NCBI GenBank assembly: GCA_016839055.1
Contig: JAEKNX010000002.1
Coordinates: 377,451-441,450, forward strand
DNA: 64,000 bases
Direction: 5' to 3'
DNA from: Spirochaetales bacterium
GTDB lineage: Bacteria > Spirochaetota > Spirochaetia > UBA9216
In this document: positions 30,152-40,132 of the stretch, one piece after another
Layout: every line of letters starts with the position of its first letter
Numbering within the stretch: the first letter of the stretch is position 1
Notes under the pieces: model-generated
Databases searched by the model: none
What the model was told of the DNA's origin: nothing
Seen by the model: only the letters and a program-made list of their open reading frames with translations
Made by a program: the position numbers and the translations under genes

Positions 30152-31803
30152 TAAAAAAGATTTTAAAAAGCAGACTCTTTATTCCGCTGCTGCTTCTGGC
30201 AGCCGTCGGAGGCTTCTTCGGTGTAAACGCTTATAATTATTACAGATTTCCCGCCATTACCGGTATTGAACCCAGCGTTGCCTATCCTGGTGAGCTTATA
30301 TCAATATATGGCTCATTTTTCGGCAATTCAAGAAACGGTGCCGAGGTTAGAATCGCGGGTGGCAGGCCTCTGTCGCATTCCTATCAAAACTGGAGCGATA
30401 ATCTGATAATAGTTCAGGTTCCTTCTGACGTAGGATCAGGAATGGTCACCGTTGAGACCCGCAGAGGCCTGAGCAACGGAGTTCTTTTTACAAATCGTGA
30501 ACATATACCGATAATACTCTCAGGCCCCCAGAAACCCGGATATCCTTATCTTGAAGCCGCTGAGCCCGAGAGCGGTTCCGTCGGAGCTATGGTGACTATA
30601 AGCGGCCTTAATTTCAGCCACGAGAGGGGGAATGCCGCAGTTTTCTTTACAGCGGCAGGGGTTAGTGATGATAATTTAATAGGAGATGATGCACTCTCCG
30701 GGATGATAGAGTGTTCCGAGATTGATTACGATTATGAGAGCTGGGATGAACAGCAGATACAGGTTTTTATCCCGGACGGCGCGTCTTCCGGTAATATCAG
30801 AATACAGACTGACCGAGGAATCAGTAACGCTCTTTACTTCGAGGTGACAGGCAGCGCCGGAACCAAGACTTTCTTTGATAAAATGGGTTTTCAGGTGGAG
30901 TACGGAATAGATATATCCGGAGTCGACGGAGATGTTTCTAATGGTCTTGATTTATGGGTACCGGCCGTCCGTTTCGGACTGGAGCAGAGGAATGTTGAAA
31001 CTGTCACTGAGCCTGTTCCGTTGTGGAATGACTATATGGGAATAATGCGCTACCATCTGGATAACCTGAACCGGGATCAGACATATTCTGTCTCAATCAA
31101 ATCATGGCTCGAGCGCTACAATGTTGAGACGAGGATAGTTATTCCCAAGGTTAAGAGCTGGTATAATGAAGATCGCAGACTATATAAGGTCTATACAGCA
31201 CCTGAAGAGCAGATACCTTCGGATGATCAGGTGATAATTGATAACGCCGCTGCGGCCGTTAGGCGTGAGAGTAATCCCTATCTTAAGGCCTCCGCAATTT
31301 ATAAATATTTGCTGAAGAAAATGAAATATATGAATAGAGTCTCCTCATCGTCAGTGGTGAAAAGCCTTGAGGCAGGCGAAGGTGACTCTTATACCTACAG
31401 TATTCTGTTTACTGCGCTCTGTAGGGCCTCAGGCATTCCTGCGAGGCCGGCGACAGGTGTTCTTGTATATAATAATAAACAGGCCACTAATCATTATTGG
31501 GCTGAGTTTTATATAGACGCTTTTGGATGGATTCCTGTCGATCCCGCTCTCGGCGACGGGGCGAGGTTCGGAAATTTTCCCATAGATGAAGATCTTGATC
31601 CCGTCGAGTATTACTTCGGCAACCTCGATAATCATCATATCAATCTCACGAGGGGTATTGTTCCCGTGAAACAGATAGCTCCCGACGGACGCATCTCCGG
31701 CAGGAAGGGAAATTACTCACTTCAGACAATTTATGAAGAATCAATCGGAATAAAGAGCTATTCATCTTACTGGAGAGCTGTTAGAATTGTTGATTGGTGG
31801 TAG
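30148..31803 (+). CDS. Transglutaminase-like (TGc) domain protein with N-terminal IPT/TIG-like beta domains.
   Basis: TM/signal at the N-terminus. TGc core GDSYTYSILFTALCRASGIPARPATGV ... HYWAEFY ... GWIPVDPA (Cys-His-Asp). Confidence 0.65.
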   Translation: MIKKILKSRLFIPLLLLAAVGGFFGVNAYNYYRFPAITGIEPSVAYPGELISIYGSFFGNSRNGAEVRIAGGRPLSHSYQNWSDNLIIVQVPSDVGSGMVTVETRRGLSNGVLFTNREHIPIILSGPQKPGYPYLEAAEPESGSVGAMVTISGLNFSHERGNAAVFFTAAGVSDDNLIGDDALSGMIECSEIDYDYESWDEQQIQVFIPDGASSGNIRIQTDRGISNALYFEVTGSAGTKTFFDKMGFQVEYGIDISGVDGDVSNGLDLWVPAVRFGLEQRNVETVTEPVPLWNDYMGIMRYHLDNLNRDQTYSVSIKSWLERYNVETRIVIPKVKSWYNEDRRLYKVYTAPEEQIPSDDQVIIDNAAAAVRRESNPYLKASAIYKYLLKKMKYMNRVSSSSVVKSLEAGEGDSYTYSILFTALCRASGIPARPATGVLVYNNKQATNHYWAEFYIDAFGWIPVDPALGDGARFGNFPIDEDLDPVEYYFGNLDNHHINLTRGIVPVKQIAPDGRISGRKGNYSLQTIYEESIGIKSYSSYWRAVRIVDWW

Positions 31804-31919
31804 AGGTCTTTTTGTATTGTAAAAATTGCATCTTGATTTCCTTTCGATTGTGTTTATGATTAAGGGTGTCAAAGCCGATATTATAGAAGACGTAAAAAAT
31901 ATTTCTGGTTAGGTGGGGT

Positions 31920-33152
31920 ATGGATAATCCTTTACAACTCTCTTTACAGACTTTCCGCAAGGGCTCGTACATCATAGTTGAGGGCAAACAGAAAGCTGAT
32001 TATTTTTACATTATCCGGAACGGTAAAGTTAGGGTAAGTAAAGAAGTTGAAATTGTCGAGGAAGTTGGCGGAAATGTTCTTTCCCCCGGTGATTTCTTTG
32101 GAGTTGTTTCAACAATGTCTTCACATAGTCATATCGAAACTGCACAGGCGCTCACGGACTGCGCTCTTATAACGGTTCACCGGGAACAGTATGGGCTTCT
32201 TATTGAACGAAATGCTCCGGTTGCCATGAAGATTATTCAGCAGTTTTCTCAGAAGATGCGTTATCTTGATGAAGCATTAACAAGGATCACATTTAAAACC
32301 ACAGCAGTGGATGATCTGTCTCATCTTTTCAAGGTTGCCGAGTATTACGCAAGGCAGAGCCAGTATAATCAGGCTTATTACGCATACCATCAGTATATTA
32401 AGTATTGTCCTGATGGTGTTAACCTGAATGTCGCCAAGGAGCGGATGGCAAAGATACAACCTTATTCAAAGGTCGTCTATCTTGACGATGATGAAAAGAA
32501 CTTCAGCAGAACCTATCCCAAAGATACAATGATTTTCAGCGAAAGCCAGCCTGGTCAGGAGCTATATATTATTCAGAAGGGTAGTGTTAAAATTTCGAAG
32601 ATTGTTAACGATAATGAGCAGCTGCTTGCACTGCTGAAGCCCGGTGATATTTTCGGCGAGATGTCGCTGCTTGAAAATAAACCGAGATCGGCTTCAGCGA
32701 TTGCCCATGATGAGACAGTGCTGATGGCTGTAAATAACGCTAATTTCAATAGAATGGTTGCGTCCCAGCCTCAGATAATCTCTAAACTGACTCAGCTTCT
32801 GTCCGAGCGTATCTGGTTTATCTATAAACAGCTTGCGAATACTCAGTTAAGTGACTCTCTCGGGCGAATGTATGACACGCTTCTTATTCAGCTTGAAAAA
32901 CTCAGAATTCCGATGGGCCCGCAGGCATACACCTTTGATTTCGGGCCTCAGGAGCTTATTAACCTTGTCGGACTGCCGAAGGATGAGGGTAACGTCCTTA
33001 TCCGGAAGATGTTTGAAAATACTAAAATCAAGATTGTAAATAACAAAATTCATCTGACAAGCACAGAAGAAGTAGAAAAACAGGCTAAATACTACAGGAA
33101 GATGGAAAGAATAGATAAATCACGGAAGAAAGGATCAATTTCCAATCTTTAA
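31920..33152 (+). CDS. Protein with two cyclic nucleotide-binding (CAP-ED) domains and no recognisable output domain.
   Basis: Two cNMP-binding signatures (GDFFGVVS... and GDIFGEMSLLENKPRSASAIA) separated by a helical linker. Confidence 0.6.
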   Translation: MDNPLQLSLQTFRKGSYIIVEGKQKADYFYIIRNGKVRVSKEVEIVEEVGGNVLSPGDFFGVVSTMSSHSHIETAQALTDCALITVHREQYGLLIERNAPVAMKIIQQFSQKMRYLDEALTRITFKTTAVDDLSHLFKVAEYYARQSQYNQAYYAYHQYIKYCPDGVNLNVAKERMAKIQPYSKVVYLDDDEKNFSRTYPKDTMIFSESQPGQELYIIQKGSVKISKIVNDNEQLLALLKPGDIFGEMSLLENKPRSASAIAHDETVLMAVNNANFNRMVASQPQIISKLTQLLSERIWFIYKQLANTQLSDSLGRMYDTLLIQLEKLRIPMGPQAYTFDFGPQELINLVGLPKDEGNVLIRKMFENTKIKIVNNKIHLTSTEEVEKQAKYYRKMERIDKSRKKGSISNL

Positions 33153-33872
33153 TCTGTGATTTTTCGGAAAATAACAGTTGCCGGCACTTATTATACTGTC
33201 CCCCAGGAGTGATCTTCGGAGGGATATAAGCTGCTGGAAACTTCCCTCCAGAGCGATGATGAAGGTTATATTCCCCTGTATCGCAAGCCGTTCAGTAACC
33301 CGCTCCGAGAGTTCAGAGGCGGCAGCGTGAATGAATATTTTATCAAAGGCGATTATCTCTCCGAAAGCCCTCATGTCCGCGTTCTCCGCGATGTGGATAT
33401 TTTCAATTCCAAGTTCGGTATAAAGCTCCCTGTAAATTGAGACTCCTGAAGTCTCCTCTATCAGGTAAACCTCCGCGCATAGTCTGGAAAGAAGGGCGGC
33501 GGCATAGCCCGCATTATTACCCGCAATTAGAATAGTGTCATCAGAATCAGGAGAGAGAAGGCTTACCGCGGTAACCAGATCGCCGGGTGACGGGACTATA
33601 GCGCTGTCAAAACCCGGCAGAGCAATATCAGCATAGGCAATAGATCTGTAGGCAGCATCAATAAAGCGATGCCTGGGAATAAACTTTACAGTATCGATGA
33701 CGGTAGAGTTCAGTCCGCGGCCTGAGCGGCTGAGGACTCCGGCCAACTCACTGCTTTCGGCTGCGAAACTATCGGTTGTCGGGAGTTTGGTGCTCTGTGC
33801 CGCTGCGGAGGCTGTGATGATGAAGAAAATAAGTGCTGACGAAAAAATTCTGTTAAAACTATTATTTCTCAT
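33135..33872 (-). CDS. Secreted protein-L-isoaspartate O-methyltransferase-like protein.
   Basis: Signal peptide. SAM-MTase glycine-rich loop (ILIAGNNAGYAAALLSRL) and PCMT-like downstream motifs. Confidence 0.5.
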   Translation of the reverse strand: MRNNSFNRIFSSALIFFIITASAAAQSTKLPTTDSFAAESSELAGVLSRSGRGLNSTVIDTVKFIPRHRFIDAAYRSIAYADIALPGFDSAIVPSPGDLVTAVSLLSPDSDDTILIAGNNAGYAAALLSRLCAEVYLIEETSGVSIYRELYTELGIENIHIAENADMRAFGEIIAFDKIFIHAAASELSERVTERLAIQGNITFIIALEGSFQQLISLRRSLLGDSIISAGNCYFPKNHRLKIGN

Positions 33873-34009
33873 GTATAAAATCTATCACAGCAAGAGCACT
33901 TTCACAAGCTGAAGCCGAATAGCCGTTTGTCAAGACTGCCCTTAATATTGATGCTTTACCTCTTATCTGATAGTATCGGATTTTAATGTTAATGTACCGG
34001 AGTGTGAGA

Positions 34010-36655
34010 ATGAGTTCCAGTGAAATGCCTAAAGCGTTTAATCCAAAGGATTTTGAAGATAGAATTTATGCCTACTGGATGGAAAGCGGCAGTTTTAAAC
34101 CATCAGAGAGCGAAAAAGATCCCTTTGTTATTGTTATCCCGCCGCCAAATGTTACCGGCGTTCTTCATATGGGGCATGGACTCAATAATATTCTTCAGGA
34201 TGTCCTGATACGTTATCACCGAATGAAGGGCAGACCCACACTCTGGGTTCCCGGAACTGATCATGCGGGAATAGCAACTCAGAATATAGTCGAGAAGAAA
34301 CTCCGAGCCCGCGGAATCGATCGGCATGAACTGGGCCGGGAGAAATTTGTAGAAGAAACCTGGAAGGTGAAGGAAGAGCACCATACCATAATAAAGAAAC
34401 AGCTTCAGAAGATAGGCTCCTCCTGTGACTGGAGCCGCGAGCGCTTCACCCTCGATGATGGCTGCTCCAAGGCTGTCCGCGAGGTTTTTGTAGGCCTGTA
34501 TGAGAGAGGTCTCGTTTATAAGGGCAATTATCTGGTAAACTGGTGTCCGTCCTGCGGAACTGCCCTCGCCGATGATGAGGTCGAGCACCATGAGGTAAAC
34601 GGCAAAATGTATCATTATCATTATCTTCTTGAGGATGGTAGCGGGAAAATCGAGATTGCCACAACAAGGCCTGAGACTATGCTAGGCGACAGCGCTGTAG
34701 CGGTTAATCCTGAAGACGACCGATACAAGGCCCTCGTAGGCAAGAATGTCAGGCTTCCTCTGACTGACAGGATTATCCCGATAATTGCCGATTCCTATGT
34801 CTCCATGGAGTTTGGAACAGGTGCCGTAAAGATTACTCCGGCCCATGATCCTAATGACTGGGATATTGGCAACCGTCATAATCTAGAAAGAATAAATATA
34901 TTAAACGAAAACGCAACACTCAATAATAATGTCCCCGAAAAATATCGCGGAATGGATGTTAAAACCGCCCGTAAGGCCGTTGTAGAGGATCTGAAGGCCG
35001 AAGGGCTCTATCTTAGTGACAAAGACCATCTGCACCAGGTCGGACACTGCTACCGCTGTAATACGATAGTCGAACCCTATCTTTCGAAGCAGTGGTTCGT
35101 AGCCATGAAGCAGATGGCAGGTAAGGCGATTTCAGCCTGGGAAAAGGAAGAGGTTATATTCTATCCCAGGAAGTGGGAAAATACATACAAGCACTGGATG
35201 ACAACAATCCGCGACTGGTGTATTTCACGCCAGCTCTGGTGGGGGCATAGAATCCCTGTCTGGTACTGCGACGACTGCGGCGAGATGATTGTAGCAAGGG
35301 AAGAACCGAAGGTCTGCCCAAAGTGCGGAAGTAATGCTTTAACCCAGGACAGCGACGTCCTTGATACCTGGTTTTCGTCCTGGCTTTGGCCTTTTTCAAC
35401 TATGGGCTGGCCCGATAAGACAGATGACCTGTCTAGATATTTCCCGACAAGTACTCTTGTAACCGGATATGACATTATTTTCTTCTGGGTTGCAAGGATG
35501 ATAATGGCCTCACTCGAGTTTCAGGGGAAGGTGCCATTCAGGGATATCTATATAACAGGACTTGTACGTGACAAGACAGGACGAAAGATGTCAAAATCTC
35601 TGGGTAACGGCCTTGACCCGCTGGAGATTGTGGATGAGTATGGAGCCGACGCGCTAAAATTTACCATGACCTTTCTTTCTGCTCAGGGACAGGATATCCT
35701 CATAGATACCGAATCATTTAAGCTCGGCTCGAAGTTTGCAAACAAGGTTTGGAACGCATCCCGCTACATCATGATGAATGTCGAGGGGCGCAACATCATT
35801 GCGTTCGAGCAGATTGAATTAAAAGAAATTGATAAATGGATTCTTCACAGGCTCAATGAGAGCATAAAGGCTGGTGATGAGGCTCTTGCGGTCTACCGCT
35901 TCAATGATTTTGCCCAGGTTGGTTATGAGTTCTTCTGGAACGATTTCTGTGACTGGTACATTGAAGCCTCAAAGCTGTCGCTCTACAGCAAGGATGAGGG
36001 AGAGAAAGACCGAGCTATCTCGATACTCGTCTATGTTCTTGAGCAGTCGCTTAAGATGCTTCACCCCTATCTGTCATTTATTACAGAAGAGATATATCAG
36101 AAGCTTCCGCAGACCGATGGAGCACTTATAACAGCCGAATATCCAGAAGTAAAGGACGCTTGGAGTTTTCCCGAAACTGCGGATTGTTTCAGTCTGCTCC
36201 AGGATCTTATAAGGGGAATCAGGACCCTCAGGTCCGAGTTCACAATCCCGCCTGAGAAGAAAATTCCGGTTACTGTCTTCATGGCAGAGGGGTTCAGGGC
36301 GGAATCATTCTTTACCTCGCACGAGGCTCTTATAGCCCAGCTTGTAAATACTGATGAGCTTTTACTCACTACCGTTAAGCCTGATCCGAGTGGAAGTGTT
36401 GCCGCAGCTGGTACCGGATTCGAGGCCTTTGTCTATATCCGAGAGGTTATCGACATAGAGAAGGAAATTGTAAAGCTCCGGAAGGAGAAGGACAAGATGG
36501 AGAAGATGGCGGGGCAGACTTCCGGGAAGCTTGGAAATGAAAAATTCTTATCCAATGCTCCGGAAGATGTTATTGAAAAAGAAAAAAGCAAACTCGCCGA
36601 GTTCAAAGAAAGAGCTGAGAAGATCAGCTTCTACATTGCCGAGCTTGAGAAATAG
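34010..36655 (+). CDS. valS: Valine--tRNA ligase.
   Basis: HIGH (PPNVTGVLHMGH) and KMSKS (KMSKSLGN) motifs. C-terminal coiled-coil. About 880 aa. Confidence 0.9.
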   Translation: MSSSEMPKAFNPKDFEDRIYAYWMESGSFKPSESEKDPFVIVIPPPNVTGVLHMGHGLNNILQDVLIRYHRMKGRPTLWVPGTDHAGIATQNIVEKKLRARGIDRHELGREKFVEETWKVKEEHHTIIKKQLQKIGSSCDWSRERFTLDDGCSKAVREVFVGLYERGLVYKGNYLVNWCPSCGTALADDEVEHHEVNGKMYHYHYLLEDGSGKIEIATTRPETMLGDSAVAVNPEDDRYKALVGKNVRLPLTDRIIPIIADSYVSMEFGTGAVKITPAHDPNDWDIGNRHNLERINILNENATLNNNVPEKYRGMDVKTARKAVVEDLKAEGLYLSDKDHLHQVGHCYRCNTIVEPYLSKQWFVAMKQMAGKAISAWEKEEVIFYPRKWENTYKHWMTTIRDWCISRQLWWGHRIPVWYCDDCGEMIVAREEPKVCPKCGSNALTQDSDVLDTWFSSWLWPFSTMGWPDKTDDLSRYFPTSTLVTGYDIIFFWVARMIMASLEFQGKVPFRDIYITGLVRDKTGRKMSKSLGNGLDPLEIVDEYGADALKFTMTFLSAQGQDILIDTESFKLGSKFANKVWNASRYIMMNVEGRNIIAFEQIELKEIDKWILHRLNESIKAGDEALAVYRFNDFAQVGYEFFWNDFCDWYIEASKLSLYSKDEGEKDRAISILVYVLEQSLKMLHPYLSFITEEIYQKLPQTDGALITAEYPEVKDAWSFPETADCFSLLQDLIRGIRTLRSEFTIPPEKKIPVTVFMAEGFRAESFFTSHEALIAQLVNTDELLLTTVKPDPSGSVAAAGTGFEAFVYIREVIDIEKEIVKLRKEKDKMEKMAGQTSGKLGNEKFLSNAPEDVIEKEKSKLAEFKERAEKISFYIAELEK

Positions 36656-36699
36656 TATATTCATTAGGCGAATTTCCAAAATCATATAATTCAATAAAA

Positions 36700-36740
36700 A
36701 AGGCTGTCTCCGAACCGGGCGGCCTTTTTTATTGAGAAAG
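36700..36740. terminator. Putative intrinsic terminator after valS.
   Basis: GC-rich imperfect stem (GGCTGTCTCCG...GGGCGGCC) followed by TTTTTTATT. Confidence 0.35.
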
Positions 36741-36849
36741 ATTTATAAGGAAGCTGCTCCTGTTTTCGGGGAACTAATAACTTAGTGTTTGCCGCATGTT
36801 ATTTCAATAATGAATAGGCAAAAAGCAAATATACTATGGCGAGGCTTTG

Positions 36850-37362
36850 TTAATCTTGAACTTCGGTGACCAAGGCATCAAAGAGGGTCATCATGTCCTC
36901 ATTGGTCTTGCGGAGGCGTCCGGCAAGAATTTTGGAAATTACCCTGGTAACGGATAAACCTATGTGAGGATCGGAATCTCCTAGGCTGAGAAAGTTCTCC
37001 TTCCCTATGACTAGGGTTTCAGAGTTTTCTTTAGCTACAACAGAAGCCGAACGTTTGTCGTCATCGATCAGAGCCAGTTCTCCTATGAAGATGTTATACT
37101 CAGCCTTCAGGCTGGTTACTACGTAGTCGTCGCCGGCCATTGTTTTCTTTAGAATATCTACACTGCCTTCAAGAAGGATGAAGAGCTCATCACCCATTTC
37201 CCCTTCCTTGATAATGTAATCACCCTTGTGAAACTTTCTGAGCGAACTAACTTCAATGACTCTTTTCATCGCAACTTCATTGTCCTTGATGGCTTCAAAG
37301 AGGGCTATGTTTTTTAATTTTTCCAGGTACAGTCCGGATACTGCTTGATTAAATATTCCCAT
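36850..37362 (-). CDS. Stand-alone cyclic nucleotide-binding (CAP-ED) domain protein.
   Basis: 170 aa with a FIGELALIDDDKRSASVVA cNMP-binding signature. Starts 10 nt after the K+ channel stop. Confidence 0.65.
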   Translation of the reverse strand: MGIFNQAVSGLYLEKLKNIALFEAIKDNEVAMKRVIEVSSLRKFHKGDYIIKEGEMGDELFILLEGSVDILKKTMAGDDYVVTSLKAEYNIFIGELALIDDDKRSASVVAKENSETLVIGKENFLSLGDSDPHIGLSVTRVISKILAGRLRKTNEDMMTLFDALVTEVQD

Positions 37363-37371
37363 AATGTCCCC

Positions 37372-38595
37372 TTAAATCGCCGCTTCAGCGACAGACATCT
37401 CGGCTTTAATGTATGCGCAGCGTTCTATTACAATGGCTTTTGAGTGTTTGGCGATGATGTAATCGTCGGACGGAATAAAAATTGGTTTGTTTATAGCAAG
37501 GCCTTTTACCTGTTGAAGATTTGTAACAAGTTTTGATATATCGGGTGTTTTCTGAGCCTCTCTTACAGCTTCCATCTTTACCTTGTTAGGAGAACCGGTG
37601 TTTTCCAGAATTCCGATTATTATTGTACTATTAATGTTGGTTGCTGTTCGGCGGTAATTTGCAAAACTGGATCCTATATACTCTTCTGGTATATCTAATG
37701 TGTTTATTCTTGTATTCGATTCGACATTCGAGATGAGGTGGTTGAGAATGTTGGAAAGTCCGTTAGTGATTGTGGTTCCGGCAAGCATCTGACGGTTTAA
37801 ATCTCTAGGAAATAGAATTTCATCGCAGAGAGCGTTCTTGAGGTAGGGCTCGTACTTATTATCAACAAGTTCGGCGCAGACATAGAGGTCTCTTGCCAGG
37901 GCTTTTATGGTGATGACTGTCATAACAGTCTTCGAGTCGGCCTCCGAGGAGCCTCTGCTTTCATATGTGTCGGCAAGAATAATAGCCTTGACGGCTTTTT
38001 GAATGTTAGCTCTTTTCAGCGTGTCTTCGGAGAAATAATCACCCCTAATATATTTAACCTTCTTTAGCTCGGGGGTTTCCTTAAGCGCTTCAATCTTGTC
38101 GGTTTCAATATTGGATATTATCACTATCTTGTCTGGCTGGGTATCCTCCGACAACATGAGAATATCTTTGAGTATGTCGCTCATATTATTTTTCCAGCCG
38201 CAAATTACTATATGATTGTTGAGTTTGGGAAAATCCATCAAACCCCTCCTTTTTCGGGTATTGCGTTCGACAAATACTGAAGCGAATGTACCTGAGAGCA
38301 AGCTGACAAGGGCCATGCCGCCGAAGATGGCTATCATGGTTATTGTCTGGCCTGGAACGGTAACGGGTGACTTGTCACCATAGCCTACTGTGCTGAAAGT
38401 TACGACAGCCCACCAGATGCCGTCAAAAAATGTCGTAAACTGGTCGTTTTGGCCTACTTCAATGAACGTAATAATTGCAGCGGTGCCGCCGAACAGAAGA
38501 ACGAAAAGTATAGTCAGTTTATAAAACGGAGACTCTGTGAAAGTGTCGAAAATGTGTTTTATTTTTTTTCTTGTTTGTTTTAATTTCATCTTCAT
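37372..38595 (-). CDS. Two-TM potassium channel with a C-terminal RCK/TrkA-N domain (MthK-like).
   Basis: TVGYGD selectivity filter. Rossmann-like IVICGW motif in the cytoplasmic domain. Confidence 0.7.
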   Translation of the reverse strand: MKMKLKQTRKKIKHIFDTFTESPFYKLTILFVLLFGGTAAIITFIEVGQNDQFTTFFDGIWWAVVTFSTVGYGDKSPVTVPGQTITMIAIFGGMALVSLLSGTFASVFVERNTRKRRGLMDFPKLNNHIVICGWKNNMSDILKDILMLSEDTQPDKIVIISNIETDKIEALKETPELKKVKYIRGDYFSEDTLKRANIQKAVKAIILADTYESRGSSEADSKTVMTVITIKALARDLYVCAELVDNKYEPYLKNALCDEILFPRDLNRQMLAGTTITNGLSNILNHLISNVESNTRINTLDIPEEYIGSSFANYRRTATNINSTIIIGILENTGSPNKVKMEAVREAQKTPDISKLVTNLQQVKGLAINKPIFIPSDDYIIAKHSKAIVIERCAYIKAEMSVAEAAI

Positions 38596-38796
38596 TTCTT
38601 AATAGGATATTAAACAAAGTGAGCAGAATTGGCAAGAGTAATTATCAATTGTCGTAAAAATGGAATTGGTGAAGAAAAAAAATGACAGATGTAAATAATG
38701 CGTATATACAGGAGGGTTTATGTCTGAATCCAAACCCACCGAGAGAACAGCTTTTATGGATTGGAATAAGCCTCCGATTGATTTTTAAATAAAGTA

Positions 38797-38832
38797 GAAA
38801 AAGGCCAGAGATTGACTCTCCGGCCTTTTTTT
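38797..38832. terminator. Intrinsic terminator.
   Basis: AAAAAGGCCAGAG-ATTGAC-TCTCCGGCCTTTTTT hairpin with flanking A and T runs, so it can act bidirectionally. Confidence 0.5.
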
Positions 38833-38863
38833 ACTTTGCCCAGCGAAGCTGGCAACCTCCGTT

Positions 38864-40132
38864 CTACTCGTTTTCGTTGCTTAGACCAGTCTTGTCAATG
38901 AGCAAGAAAAAGAGACTCAGAACAATGGCTGCAACAGTTGCAAGACCCATTCCTTCGAGCTCGACAGGCCCTATTGCTATTTTAGCTTCACCTACGCCGA
39001 GTATGAGGATTACCGCCGTATATATCAGGTTGCGGGTATTTCCGTAGTCAACCTTTGATTCAATGAGCATCCTGAGTCCGGAGGCTGCTATCATTCCGAA
39101 CAACAGTATTGAAACGCCACCCATTACAGCGGTAGGCATTGCAATGATGATTGCACTGACCTTCCCGCTGAATGAAAGGACTATGGAGAAGATTGCGGCT
39201 CCGCCTATTACCCAGACAGAGTAAACCTTGGTAAGTGCCATCACTCCAACGTTTTCACCATAGGTCGTAACAGGCATTCCTCCAAAGGCTGATGAGAGAA
39301 TTGTTCCAACACCATTTCCGATATAGGATCTCGAGAGGCCCTTGTCTTTTCTGATGAGCGATCTGCCAACTATTTTCTCGGTAACAGTCAGATCTCCAAC
39401 ATGTTCTGCAAGAACGACGAGGGCTGCAGGAGCAATAACCATAATCGCCCTGAAGCTGAACTTCGGTGTTACGAAGGTCGGAACCTGAAACCACGGCGCG
39501 GCTGTTATACTGCTTGTGTCAACCATTCCCTGAGTCATGGAGAATAGATAGCCCGCAACAACCGCTATGAGTATCGGGACTACTCTCATGAATCCTCTGA
39601 AGACCACGCTGACGACTATAGCAACTGTTAGCGTAAACACGGACACTAAAATTGTTTTACCGGCCATCTCCGGAGCAACTGAACCCGGAACAAGACCCGC
39701 GAGCCCTGCAGCAAATCTTGCCAGACTAAGGCCTATTACCGCCACAACCGAACCCATTGCCGCGGGCGGCAATATGAAATCTATCCAGCCCATGCCTACT
39801 TTGTCGACAATAATACCGGCAGCGATAAACACTATCCCTATTACGATACAGCCGCTCATGGCCGCTGCCTGTCCTTCTATCGCCGTTATTGCGGCTATTC
39901 CAGCAATAAATGCGGCACTTGGTCCGAGAAAAGCCGGAATTTTGCCTCTCGTTATTACTATGTACAGTAGGGTACCAATTCCATTGAAAAGCAGCTGAAG
40001 CGCAGGGCTTATTCCTACGATCATCGGAACAAGGACTGAAGCTCCGAACATTGCAAATAGATGTTGAAAAGACAGCGGAATGGTCTGGATTATCGATAAT
40101 CTTTCATCTACCTGTATCTCTCTTCTTGCCAT
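38864..40132 (-). CDS. Nucleobase:cation symporter-2 (NCS2) family uracil/xanthine permease.
   Basis: 422 aa, about 12-14 TM. The profile is typical of uraA/pbuX-type permeases. AGGGAG RBS. Confidence 0.75.
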   Translation of the reverse strand: MARREIQVDERLSIIQTIPLSFQHLFAMFGASVLVPMIVGISPALQLLFNGIGTLLYIVITRGKIPAFLGPSAAFIAGIAAITAIEGQAAAMSGCIVIGIVFIAAGIIVDKVGMGWIDFILPPAAMGSVVAVIGLSLARFAAGLAGLVPGSVAPEMAGKTILVSVFTLTVAIVVSVVFRGFMRVVPILIAVVAGYLFSMTQGMVDTSSITAAPWFQVPTFVTPKFSFRAIMVIAPAALVVLAEHVGDLTVTEKIVGRSLIRKDKGLSRSYIGNGVGTILSSAFGGMPVTTYGENVGVMALTKVYSVWVIGGAAIFSIVLSFSGKVSAIIIAMPTAVMGGVSILLFGMIAASGLRMLIESKVDYGNTRNLIYTAVILILGVGEAKIAIGPVELEGMGLATVAAIVLSLFFLLIDKTGLSNENE

